DNA of 64,000 nt from Mobula hypostoma (lineage: Eukaryota): the NCBI RefSeq assembly GCF_963921235.1, contig NC_086097.1:201006001-201070000 (forward strand), given 5' to 3'. The position numbers were made by a program, and so were the translations under genes. The notes below the pieces were generated by a model. That model was not told the DNA's origin, searched no databases, and saw nothing but the letters and a program-made list of their open reading frames with translations. Positions within the stretch are counted from its first letter, which is position 1. The number at the start of each line of letters is the position of its first letter. Positions 13,498-25,525 of the stretch are shown here, in pieces.

Positions 13498-15675
13498 GAC
13501 CATAAGACCATAAGATATAGGAGCAGAAGTAGGCCATTCAGCCCGTTGAGTCTGCTCTGCCATTAGATCATAGGCTGATCCAATCTTCCAGTCATCCCCA
13601 CTCTCCTGCCTTCTCCCCATACCTTTTGATGCCCTGGCTAATCAAGAACCTATCTATCTCTGCCTTAAGTACAATGACTTGGCCTCCACAGTCGCCCGTG
13701 GCAACAAATTCCACAGATCTACCACCCTCTGACTGAAGTAATTTCTTTGTATTTCTGTTCTAAATGGGCGTCCAATCATGAAGTTGTGCCCTCTTGTCCT
13801 ATATTCCCCTACCATGGGAATTAACTTTGTCATATCTAATCTGTTCAGGCCTTTAAACATTCAGAATGTTTCTATGAGATCCCCCCTCATTCTCCTGAAT
13901 TCCAGGGATTACAGCCCAAGAGCTGCCAGACATTCCTCATGTGGTAACCTTTTCATTCCTGGAATCATTCTCATGAATCACCTCTGAACTCTATCCAATG
14001 TCAGTATATCCTTTCTAAAATAAGGAGCCCAAAACTGCACACAATACTCCAAGTGTGTTCTCACGAGTGCCTTATAGAGCCTCAACATCACATCCCTGCT
14101 CTTATATTCTATACCTCTAGAAATGAATGCCAACATTGCATTCGCCTTCTTCACAACCGACTCAATCTGGAGGTTAACCTTTAGGGTATCTTGTACAAGG
14201 ACTCCCAAGTCTCTTTGCAGCTCTGCATTTTGAATTCTCTCCCCTTCTTAATGATAGTCCGTCCATTTATTTCTTCCACCAAAGTGCACGACCATACACT
14301 TTCCAACATTGTATTTCATTTGCCATTTCTTTGCCCATTCCCCTAAATTATATAAGTCTCTCTGCAGACTCTCGGTTTCCTCAACACTACCCACTTCTCC
14401 ACCTATCTTTGTATTATCGGCAAATTTAGCCACAAATCCCTTAACCCCATAGTCCAAATCATTGACATACATCGTAAAAAGCAGTGGTCCCAACATCGAC
14501 CCCAGTGGAACTCCAGTGGTAACTAGCAGCCAGCCAGAATAGGATCCCTTTATTCCCACTCTCTGTTTTCTGCATATCAGCCAATGCGCCACCTATTCTA
14601 GTAACTTCCCTGTAATTCCTTGGGCTGTTATCTTGCTAAGCAGCCTCATGTGCAGCACCTTGTCAAAGGCCTTCTGAAGATCCAAGAACACCATGTCTAC
14701 TGCATATCCTTTGTCCACCCTGCTTGTAATTTCCTCAAAAAATTGCAGTAGGTTTGTCACGCAGAATTTTCCTTTCAGGAAACCATGCTGGCTTTGCCCT
14801 ATCGAGTCATGTTCCTCCAGGTATTCCGTAATCTCATCCCTAACAATAAATTCCAACAACTTCCCAACCACTGATGTCAGACTAACGGGTCTATAGTTTC
14901 CTTTCTGCTGCCTCCCACCCTTCTTAAATAGCAGAGTAACATTTGCAATTTTCCAGTCATCCGGTACAATGCCAGAATCTATCGATTCTTAAAATATCAT
15001 TGTTAATACCTCCGCAATCTCCCCAATCTCCCCAGCTACTTCCTTAAGAACCCGAGGGTGCGTTTCATCAGGTCCAGGAGATTTATCCACCCTCAGACCA
15101 TTAAGCTTCCTGAGCACTTTCTCAGTCGTAATTTTCACTGCACATACTTCACTTCCCTGACACTCTTGAATATCCAGTATACTGCAGATGTCTTCCTCTG
15201 TGAAGGATGATGCAAAATATGCATTCAGTTCCTCTGCCATGCCTGCGTCTCTCATTACAATATCTCCAGCATCATTTTCTATTAGTCCTATATCGATCCT
15301 CGACTGCCTTTTACCCTTTATATACTTAAAAAAGCTTTTAGTATCTTCTTTGATATTAGTTACCAGCTTCCTTTCATAATCCATCTTTTCCTTCTGCAAG
15401 GTTTTAAAAGCTTTCCAATCCTCTATCTTCCCACCAGCTTTGGCTTCCTTATACGTTCTCTCTTTAGCTTTTACTTTGGCTCTGACTTCACTTGTCAGCC
15501 ACGGTAGTGTCCTTTATTTATTCAAAAATTTCTTCTTATTTGGAATATACCTGTGTTGCACTTCCCTCATTTTTTGCAGAAACTCCAGCCATTGCTGCTC
15601 TGCAGTCCTTCCTGCTCGTGTCCCTTTCCAGTCGACTCTGGCCATTTCCCCTCTCTTGCCAATGTAATTTCCTTC
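13498..15675 (-). mobile_element. CR1 LINE, 5'-truncated, ORF2 with stops and frameshifts
   Basis: VDKSPGPD, QHGFLKGK, LDLQKAFDKV, GSMLGPLLF, KFADNTK; (cataagac)n tail at about 13498-13515. Confidence 0.95.
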
Positions 15676-15809
15676 ACGGTGTAGTTGAGGCAGGTATGTT
15701 AACACCACTTAAAAGGTACTTTTATACTGTAGGTGCACGGTTAGGACAGATTTAGAAAGACAAGGGTCAAACAAGGGGAAATAGGACTGGCTTGGACGTG
15801 CTTGTCAGT

Positions 15810-16660
15810 GATCTTGAGGCAAATGCATTCGGATGTTCAGATCTATCTTTCAGAGTGTGTGATAAAACAGCTCCAAAGCTATAAGGTGACACATCACACA
15901 TCAGTCCGATGAGCAGAGATGGATCCTAATGGGTGATCAGTTATTAGTCTCTTTGTTTCATTGAATGCTCTTTCATATCTCTCTGTCCATTCCCACTTTG
16001 CTCCTGTCTATATCAGTACGTTCAATGGATGCTGCACTGTAGCAATGTTTCGGAGCAACCAGTGGTAATAGTTTACGTGTCCTGAGTATGATCTGAGTTG
16101 TGACAAATATTTTGGTTTGAGTGCTTGCAGCACTGCTTCAATCTTCTCCTCTGACCTTTGTCAGCCCTGCTTGTCAATGACATGACCACAATATTAGATT
16201 TCATTCTTGAAAAACACACATTTCTCTCTCTTTGCACACAGGCCATACTCACTCTGCCTGGTAAGCACTTTGCCAAGTCTCTGGAAGTGCTCTTCATCAT
16301 TCTTGCCTGTCACAATGATGCCATCAAGGTAACGTTGTGTTCATGGGATACCTTGGAGCACTTGGTCCATTGCTCTTTGCCACATTGCTGGCACTGATGT
16401 GATGTGACGCTAAAGTCAAGACGATTACACTGAAACAGTGCCTTCTGAGAGTTTATTGTGAGGAACTTCCTGCTTGACTCCTCAATCTCCACTCCATTTG
16501 CACATAGGCTTATGACAAGTCAACCTTTGAAAACCTCTCCATGCCTACAAAAGATACAAATATGTCTTCTATTCTGTGTAGGGGATACAACATAGTATGC
16601 AGCACAAGGTTGATACAAAATTCACGTATTTGTGAAAAGCTCTGGCCTTCCAAAACAATG
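15810..16660 (-). mobile_element. Degenerate Gypsy (Mag/K02A2.6-like) RT-RNaseH fragment
   Basis: Minus-strand YPLHRIEDIF..FSKVDLS, KFLTINSQK.LFQCNRL, QRAMDQVLQG, YLDGIIVTG (degenerate YLDD), CGHVID. Confidence 0.8.
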
Positions 16661-16664
16661 GTCA

Positions 16665-17226
16665 TGGAAAGAGAATGTGCTGGAACTTTTGAGAAACATT
16701 TGGATACCCAAGTCCCTGGGGTCAGATGGGATGTACTCCAGTTTACTACAGGAGGTGAGGGAAGAGATTGTTGTGCCTTTGACAATGATCTTTCCAACCT
16801 CTAGGGCCACAGAAGTAGAATAGAAAGGTTCCTTTTTTCAAGAAAGATAACCCAACCCTGGGACTTACAGACTAGTGATACTTAGATCAGTGGTGGGCAA
16901 ACTATTGAAGTGGATTCTTAGAGATAAGATACATGAGCATTTGGAGGAGTCTGATTAAGGATAGTCAACATGGCTGTGTGAAGAATAGATCATGCCTCAC
17001 TAGCCTGATTGAATTACTTGAGGAAGCACCAAAATATATTTATGAATGCAAAGCAGTGGATGTGGCACTTATCAATTTTAGTAAGGCATTTGACAAGGTT
17101 CCCCATGCAGCTCTTCCTTCTCAGCATTGCTGGAGAACTTGGGTGCACATGAGGCAATTATGTTTTGCCATTTCAGAATGGCAAAACCTAATTGGACTAG
17201 AATTGTTGCTGCTTAAACCAATGACC
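16665..17226 (+). repeat. Right arm of the inverted duplication, segment 2 (CR1 RT fragment plus unassigned flank)
   Basis: Reverse complement of about 12550-13125, including the same CR1 truncation junction after FDKVPH. Confidence 0.85.
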
Positions 17227-17637
17227 AGGGACCAAGAAAGTTTGGACAAGGGAAGCACAGGAGCGCCTACAGGACTGCTTTGAATTGGTGGACTGGACTG
17301 TATTCAGGGATTCATCTTTGAATCTGGATGAGTATGCTGCAGTTGTTACCAACTTCATTAAGACCTGTGTGAATGAGTGTGTGTCTACAAAGACTTACTG
17401 TGCATTCCCAAACCAAAAGCCATGGATGAACCAGGAGGTACGTCGTCTGCTGAAGACTAGATCTGTGGCATTCAAGTTGGCAACCCAGGCCTGTACCAGA
17501 AAACCAGGTATGATTTGCGGAGGGCTATTTCAAGGGTGAAGAGACAATTTTGAATGAGGTTGGAGGTGATATCAGATGCAGGGCAACTCTTGTATGGTCT
17601 GTAAGACATTACTTCCTACAAAGAAAAGCCCAATCAC

Positions 17638-18891
17638 ATGAATGGCAGCGATGCTTCACTACCAGATGAACTCAACGCCTTCTATGCACGCTTTGAAAGG
17701 GAGAACATAACTACAGCTGTGAAGATCCCTGCTGCACCTGATGACCCTGGGATCTCTGTCTCAGAAGCCGATGTTAGACTGTCTTTAAAGAGAGTGAACT
17801 CTTGCAAGGCAGAATTTCCCGATGGAGTACCTGGTAAAGCTCTGAAAACTTGTGCCAACCAACTAGCAGGAGTATCCAAGGATATTTTCAACCTCTCACT
17901 GCTACAGGCAGAAGTTCCCACTCGCTTCAAAAAGGCAACAATTATACCAGTGCCTAAGAAGAATAATGTGGGCTGCCTTAATGACTATCGCCTGGTAGCA
18001 CTCACATCGGCAGTGATGAAATGCTTTGAGAGGTTGGTTATGACTAGACTGAACTCCTGCCTCAGCAAGGACCTGGACCCATTGCAATTTGCTTATCGCC
18101 ACAATAGGTCAACGGCAGAATCAATCTCAATGGCTCTCCACATGGCTTTAGACCACCTAGACAACACAAACACCTACGTCAGGATGCTATTCATTGACTA
18201 TAGCTCAGCATTTAATACCATCATTCCCACAATCCTGATTGTGAAGTTGCAGAACCTGGGCCTCTGTACCTCCCTCTGCAATTGGATCCTCGACTTCCTA
18301 ACTGAAAGACCACAGTCTGTGCAGATTGGTGATAACATATCTTCCTCACTGACAATCAACACTGGTGCACCTCAGGGGTGTGTGCTTAGCCTACTGCTCT
18401 ACTCTCTGCATACACATGACTGTGTGGCTAGGTATAGCTCAAATACCATCTACAAATTTGCTGATGATACAACCATCGTCGATAGAATCTCAGGGGGTGA
18501 CAAGAGGGCGTACAGGAGTGAGATATGCCAACTAGTGGAGTGGTGCCACAGCAACAACCTGGCACTCAACGTCAGTAAGATGAAAGAACTGACTGTAGAC
18601 TTCAGGAAGGGTAAGATGAAGGAACACCTACCAATCCTCATAGAGAGATCAGAAGTGGAGAGAGTGAGCAGTTTCACTTTCCTCGGTGTCAAGATCTCAG
18701 AGGATCTAACCTGGTCCCAACATATCGATGTAGTTATAAAGAAGGCAAGACAGCAGCTATACTTTATTAGGAGTTTGAAGAGATTTGGCATGTCAACAAA
18801 TACACTCAAAAACTTCTATAGTTGTACTGTGGAGAGTATTCTGACAGGCTGCATCACTGTCTGGTATGGAGGGGCTACTGCGCAGGACTGA
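17638..18891 (+). CDS. Non-LTR retrotransposon reverse transcriptase (Rex1/Babar), ended by a premature stop
   Basis: 417 aa with [44 protein letters not shown] motifs. Confidence 0.9.
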   Translation: MNGSDASLPDELNAFYARFERENITTAVKIPAAPDDPGISVSEADVRLSLKRVNSCKAEFPDGVPGKALKTCANQLAGVSKDIFNLSLLQAEVPTRFKKATIIPVPKKNNVGCLNDYRLVALTSAVMKCFERLVMTRLNSCLSKDLDPLQFAYRHNRSTAESISMALHMALDHLDNTNTYVRMLFIDYSSAFNTIIPTILIVKLQNLGLCTSLCNWILDFLTERPQSVQIGDNISSSLTINTGAPQGCVLSLLLYSLHTHDCVARYSSNTIYKFADDTTIVDRISGGDKRAYRSEICQLVEWCHSNNLALNVSKMKELTVDFRKGKMKEHLPILIERSEVERVSSFTFLGVKISEDLTWSQHIDVVIKKARQQLYFIRSLKRFGMSTNTLKNFYSCTVESILTGCITVWYGGATAQD

Positions 18892-19308
18892 AAGAAGCTG
18901 TAGAAGGTTGTAAATCTAGTCAGCTCCATCTTGGGCACTAGCCTACAAAGTACCAGGGCATCTTTAGGGAGCGGTGTCTCAGAAAGGCAGCGTTTATTAT
19001 TAAGGACCTCCAGCACCCAGGGCATGCCCGTTTCTCACTGTTACCATCAGGTAGGAGGTACAGAAGCCTGAAGGCACACACTCAGCAATTCAGGAACAGC
19101 TTCTTCCCCTCTGCCATCCGATTCCTAAATGGACATTGAAGCTTTGGACACTACCTCACTTATTTTTAATATACATTATTTCTGTTTTTGCACATTTTTT
19201 AAATCTATTCAATATATGTAATTGATTTACTTGTTTATTTATTATTATGTTTTATTTTATTTATTATTATTTTTTTCTCTCTCTTCCTGCTAGATTACGT
19301 ATTGCATC

Positions 19309-20174
19309 TGTTACGTACCCCGTAACTGGGTTGCCAAACCAGCAGAAATGGATCACTCAGTTGGAGTCTGGATTACTAGAACTAAGAAAGTTTTATTAAA
19401 GAAACAAGCAACACAGTAATCGAAAGGATAATAAATGCAATAGTTCAGCGATGATAAACACACATGTGCACAGAATTAAGATAACAGCATCAATCAAGCT
19501 CTATCGTTGTCTAGGGGTAAATGACCAAATTTCAAAGTGACTCAAAGTTCAGTCCAGTTTAGTAGTTCAGTTCGCAGTAATCGTTGCCATGGCGATGGAC
19601 AACGTGGGGGAAGAGAGAGAGAGAGAACAGGAACAACTCATCATTCAGACATGGCTTCACTCACAGACCGGCGATATGGCTCACAAGCAACTTTTTGGGT
19701 GGGTCCTTGGTGATGTCACCTGAGGTCACCGACTGTGACCCCTCCTCCAGATGCGGTCGATCCCCTGCAGTGAACCCGGCACCCAGGCAAGGGCGGACAC
19801 ACACCGGGTTCCCGCTGATCGTACCTTTCCACCCTGGCCGTTGTCCGATACCTCTCACCGACTCGTGAGAAGCGTACCGCTTCCAGGGTCTCGTTACCTC
19901 GGGTGGCGTGTGTGTCGCCTTAGCAAACCGGTCCCTTTTTATCCCCCTGCTGGGGTATCGCCTGTCCATCACTTCAAACAGTTCAGGGTTCAAAGGGGGG
20001 AGCCGCTCCAGACAGCTCTCTCTCTCCCACGTCCCTTCATTACACATCTCCAGACGCTGCTCCATTGTTCCTTATCTCTCCTTCCCCTGAGGGCAGGTGG
20101 CAGACCACTTGCTGATGTCACTGATGCTAACCCAGGCCAGCAAACATCTTAATTTTATGTGTATTCTCGTCACA
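19309..20174 (-). mobile_element. Solo LTR (866 bp)
   Basis: TG...CA ends with imperfect terminal inverted repeat tgttacg/cgtcaca; 4-bp TSD catc at 19305-19308 and 20175-20178; AATAAA on the minus strand near 19392; CpG-rich. Confidence 0.9.
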
Positions 20175-20251
20175 CATCGAACTGCTGCTGCTAAGTTAAT
20201 AAATTTCACGTCACATGCCAGCGATTAATAAACAGGCTTCCGATTGTGATT

Positions 20252-20557
20252 CTTAAGTCCTTTGGCCATCTGTCCTCACAAAACATCAGCACCACATCAC
20301 CCTTCAACGACACTCCAACATATCTGAGCCTACAATGCTGACTCCTGGACTTTCCCTCAGTCTGGAGCCCTTGACCCCATGATTGCCCATGTCCTTGGTC
20401 CTGACTGCACCTCACCCCCACAAGCCTTCCATGATTATATATTTTTGATTTTTGGTTTCTGATTTCTTTGCACGCATCCTCAGCTCTGCCCACCCCTCAC
20501 CCTCCTCCCATCCCTATCACCATGTGCATCCTAATTCTTGGAGCATATACCGGTATA
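20252..20557 (+). repeat. Right arm of the inverted duplication, segment 3
   Basis: Reverse complement of 12232-12546, e.g. tgcatcctaattcttggagcatata versus tatatgctccaagaattaggatgca. Confidence 0.88.
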
Positions 20558-22429
20558 TGATCACTTCCAGAAATGCCTGAGAACATTGATCTCAATATAT
20601 GATTAGCTGCACTGAGAACAATGTTCTCTAGTATTAGTGAGTTTATTGTGATGTGGTGGGAGGAGGCAATGACTAAAACAGTTACAGGCATTTTGATGCT
20701 GCATCTGTATAATGCACCCAATGTGTTGTATCAAAATTTCCAGGCAATAATACCCAATACTACAGGAAAATATTTTACAGTGGAGCTGTGTTTGAAACTT
20801 GAAAAACACAACATACACAAAGGGCCTCACTGTGGCACGGTGTAGAGGGGAACAAAAAGGCTACGTTCTGCACTGTTTCACTTCAGGAATCCTGGAGTGT
20901 GGCTGTGTGACTAGAACAGACTGCTTTCAGATGGTTATAGTATTTCTAATGAAATGCATTTCGACAGCTTTTGTCTTGTCCTCCCTGACTGAGGTTGAGA
21001 CTGGATTACTGGAGCAACATCAAGGAGAAAAGCAATGATGCTCAGCTACATGCCTGACTTAACAATATTTCTAATATGCAAGGATGCTAATCCTCAAGAA
21101 CACAAACATTAAAATGGAATATTGTCAGTAATTTCCTGGTCGGAAAATACAAATTCAATACATTAACAGGAGCTAATTTAAGGACACCTAAAATTGTTGT
21201 CTCCACAAGACCAAATACACTATGCAAAATATATTTCTAGTAATTTTCACCAATGCCATTAAGAAGGCTGGTCACAAGGATTTGCCCACTTTAAATTCAG
21301 AAAATATAAATGCTTTATTTAATTTTGGCATTCTCTTTGATCTATATTAGAATAATTTTGGCAGTGAAAAATATCTGAAAACTGAGCACTTACATGAAGG
21401 ACAATATTGTTATGAATTCTCATGACTGTGATTCAAATGTCTTTTTTATGAATTATATTTAAAAGTTACACTTAATATGTGTTTAAAAATATTTGGCTAC
21501 AATACAGCACATAAATCCCAACGGTAATTCTTGAACTTTGATTTTGTTCTTTTTGATATAAATATGCAATAGTTAAGCAAAAGGTGATAATGGAGACAAG
21601 AAAATTTTTGCATTTGTGAACTATAGCTGTGTTTTTTAAGGATGGTATTAGTAGATAGATGATAAGAAGGTAGCGATTGTAATACATTAGGATTGAAAAG
21701 CCATGATATAAGTTGTTGTTCCCTTAATTAAAGGCTTATGGGTTGGATAGCACTTAGGTAAGCAGATTGTTATCACTGAGGTGCCACAGGGATTAGTATA
21801 GGGTCCTTAGATACGTATATAGACAGATGGAAAGGCTAAGGAGAGCTGGGGCTGTTCTCTAACTGAACAATGTCAAATCTGAGAACATTATATTTATGAA
21901 TACTTGAAAATCAGAGAAAAACAGGCATTGGTCATACCCAGGATCAAAAATTATTGGTGGAACAGGCTCAAGTGGCTATATAAACAATAGCTGCTAATAT
22001 ACTGTGTTTATGAGAAGTATCAGCTTAACCACCTTCTGCTCCTCTGTCAAACTAAGCTTCTGCTAGTGCCCTCATACCTATCTCTTTACTTTCTGTCACC
22101 TTTTGCGGCTCAGCAATATTACTGAACCTTCACATTAAGGTATGCAAAGCATCTCAGCACATTCATACTATTTCAGAATAAAGCTTGCTTAAAATATGAA
22201 GTAGCATTTGCCGGAGTGGAGAGTGACCACAAATTCTGTTGCATTAATTAATCTCTGAAGTGCTATATAATAACTCATTTCTGCTGTTGGTTTCCACTGA
22301 GGCTGTGCCTCAGAGCTAGCTGATTTTTCAGTTTGTGTGGATGGTTTGGGGAACAGAGAGGAGAGTTAGGGGTCATGTTGGGGTTTAGGGACAGGGATGT
22401 GGAAGAATTAAAAGGTCAGATTAGGGTTT

Positions 22430-22925
22430 AGGGATAAAGATGCAGAGGAATTAGAGGTCAGGCCAGACTCTAGGATCCGTGGATGTTGGGCTGCCCCAGT
22501 GCGGCTGGTGCCAGAATCAGATATCCCTGCATGAGGGGCCAGTGAGTCGTCAAGCCTGGTATTTGGGGTCCCGATTTAGGCTAGTCTGGGATCAATACCA
22601 TAGATCAGAGCGTGAAGATCAATTGGAAGTCCAGAATTCGAAGCCCAATGGCTGAAGCCTGGAGACTGGAGGCCTGTTTTGGGTTTGGAGTACTATCTGT
22701 GTGTGTGGGTGTGTGGGAGTGAGAAAAGGGCTTGTTTTGCTGTTGTTGTTTTTGTTACTTGTGTTCTGCTGAACACTGTGGGCATACTATGTTGGTGCCA
22801 GAGTGTGTGGCGACACTTGCGGGCTGCCCCCAGCACATCCTTAGGCCTGATGGTTATTAACACAAATGATGCATTTCGATGTACTGTACATGTGATAAAT
22901 AAATTAATCTGATTCTGAATCTGAA
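22430..22925 (+). mobile_element. Non-autonomous retroelement with a Rex-like tail
   Basis: Ends aataaattaatctgattctgaatctgaa, an AATAAA plus (tctgaa)n tail like the Rex copies here; 5' boundary approximate. Confidence 0.55.
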
Positions 22926-24639
22926 ATATTATCGGTACTTGTGTGAGCAAATAATACGATTTGGTAACTTGTGTGAATGTTAGGGCGTGAATGACATCTA
23001 TCAGAACCTAATTTGCTTTAGGGAGATCATCGGTGAAGAAAGTCTGGGATCATCAAAGATGTAACTAACGTCTACTATCCCGAATATGGATCTTCCTTCA
23101 TAATGAGATGGACTGACAGCAATGATTACTGCTTTGGTGCCCAATATCCCACTCTCTTGTTACCAAACCATCAGTTGAGAACAAATCTAACTCTATGGCC
23201 TGACCTCTTTGCACAGAGGAGATCACATGCAAAGATTGTGCTTCTCAAATTATTTTGCAGCCAACATATCATTTCTGTACACAATCACTTTCCAATGTGC
23301 AAGGTACATTACATTACGCATTAGAAAAATGCTTTACGGCAGGCTTACATAAACTAGCCAAAGTTCCCCATACATAATATCTTAACATGTATTTTATGTT
23401 TCTGTATACTGGGGAGCAGGCGACAGCTATCATGCCAGAGGCTATCTTAGCAATTAAACAAACATAAAGTTTGGAAGATATTTTTTCCTTATTCCCCTCC
23501 TGCTGAAACCTCATACTACATCTGATAAATGTGGAATCATTTGCTTATTCCTATCACCAAATGGTACTTTTCTATTTTGTCTTTTAAGTTCAAAAGCAGA
23601 GGAGAAATCATTTGCCATTGCCAGTACAGAAGCTAACACTGTACCTGGTTCAAAGAGGAAACAATTAGAGACTGCACAGGGTGTGGGATCAATGACAGGG
23701 AGTGAACGGAAGCAGCTCGCCAACTATAAAATTGTCATCTAGCCATTGCTGCACCAGGGATATCTGCAGATGATGAGGTTCTGTGTACCAAGGGAAACAG
23801 ACTTGTAGAAGGGCTATGTGCACAGCATGAGAATAATGGAGTGAATGAATATCTCTATGATATCTTTGGTCAGTACTTCCTCTGGTTTACAAAGCTTGAG
23901 ACAGAGTACTGAGATCTTCCTTGCAAGTATTCACAGTTCTAAAGGGCATTGCAAACTAAGGGTAGTGATCCCATTGAAATGAGACTGCCAGTGGCTTTTC
24001 AACATGACTGCACAACCTTGTCTCCCACTACTTTCAGTTAGTGCCCCATATGGGTCAACCTGCCCTAATGTCTCAGTACTCACAGGCATACAGACAGGCT
24101 AACAATGGCCACAGATCCTTGTGGTTAGTTATCAGCCTTCCATTAACCTAACTGCATCTAACTAGTGGGTGCCAGTACCATAGAACAAGAACAAAAGTGG
24201 GCAAAAAGCACAAGTTTTATATTTGCATAATCTGTGTTAATTGATGTGTAGGTGACCATTAGTCTAATCGGGGCAGCATGGCTTCAGAGATGTCAACATT
24301 TTTTAATTGCCCTTTGCCTTCATATCATTGGTGATGTTCCACATGAAGTTTTCTGGATGAACTTACACACATAATAAGTTTAATGACCAGAGCAGATGGG
24401 AAGAGAGGTTTGTCTTTATCCAAGCATGGGATGTGGACGTTTATGTCCACTGACTTTGTCAAGATGATGTTGACACACTTTCTAAAGCTCTTTCGTTTTA
24501 TGAGCTGTACATGCTCCCACAGAGCAATTAAGGAAAGATTTTTTTCAGAATTTTTACAGACAATAAATAAATAACAACATATTTTCATATTAAGACAAGA
24601 AACAAGAAGTTAATAATTTTCAGGCAATTCCCTTTAATA

Positions 24640-25246
24640 CAAGGGGTGATTGATAAGTTCGTGGCCTAAGGTAGGAAGAATCAATTTTAGAAAACCTAGC
24701 ACATTTAGTTTTCCTACAGTTACACACTTAGTCCAGCGGTCATGGAGCATATGGATCACTTCTTTGTAGAAGTTGGCGTCTTGGACCTCCAGAAGTGGTC
24801 CACAGCAGGGGTGATTGATAAGTTTGTGGCCTAAGATAGAAGGAGCTGAGTTAACTTCAGACTTTCTGCATTTTCACTCAAAGAGTTGAACTGCATGTAC
24901 ATGTAACAAGAGCTCCTTCTACCTTAGGCCACGAACTTATCAATCACCCCTGCTGTGAACCACCTGGAGGTCCAAGATGCTCTCGTTACATGCATGTGCA
25001 GTTCAACTCTTTGAGTGATAATGCAGAAAGTTTGAAGTTAATAACTCATCTCTTTCTACCTTAGGCCACAAACTTATCAATCACCCCTGCTCTGGACCAC
25101 TTCTACAAAGAAGGGATCTGTATGCTCCATGACCACTGGACTAAGTGAGTACATATAGGAGGGGACTATGTTGACAAATAAATGTGCTAGGTTTTCTAAA
25201 ATTGACTCCTTCTACCTTGGGCTACGAACTTATCAATCACTCCTCG
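24640..25246. mobile_element. Palindromic non-autonomous mariner derivative with five TIR copies
   Basis: TA TSD at 24638-39 and 25247-48; TIR c(g/a)aggggtgattgataagttcgtggcctaaggtag; mariner C-terminal remnant FYKEGI.MLHD.WTK...GGDYVDK*. Confidence 0.92.
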
Positions 25247-25525
25247 TATACTGCTGGATTTATAAATAACTAAAACAATTATATAGATTGTAGAAGACCA
25301 TATATCTAAAGATACAAAGATAGGAAATGTTTTAAGCTTGAAGATGGATGGATGCACTGAGACAGCTTTCGGGAAAGTATTCTACCTGATGCCTACATTT
25401 GTGATAAAATATTTTGGCCAACCTGTCGATCTTCCGAGGTGGATCATGTTAGGGGAAATAGCCTTCTCACAGAAAATCTGTGCATCACAGAGCCTGAGCA
25501 ACAGAGAGTTTCTTATGCTAAAGTA

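Larger units (their letters stand above)
17227..20251 (+). mobile_element. Rex1/Babar LINE, 5'-truncated, with a solo LTR inserted in its 3' UTR
   Basis: PNQKPW motif, RT ORF, C-terminal HPGH motif; 3' UTR resumes at 20175 and ends aataaac...gattgtgatt. Confidence 0.92.

Noticed and set aside
19584..20152. Overlapping ORFs of 94-134 aa
   Set aside because: They lie inside the GC-rich solo LTR and show no protein motifs
23589..23990. Acceptor-like site followed by coding-looking sequence
   Set aside because: Stops and frameshifts with no identifiable family; possibly a decayed transposon
24640..25246. Repeated 35-bp units resembling a CRISPR array
   Set aside because: The units occur in both orientations and are mariner TIRs with a TA TSD; the context is eukaryotic with no cas genes
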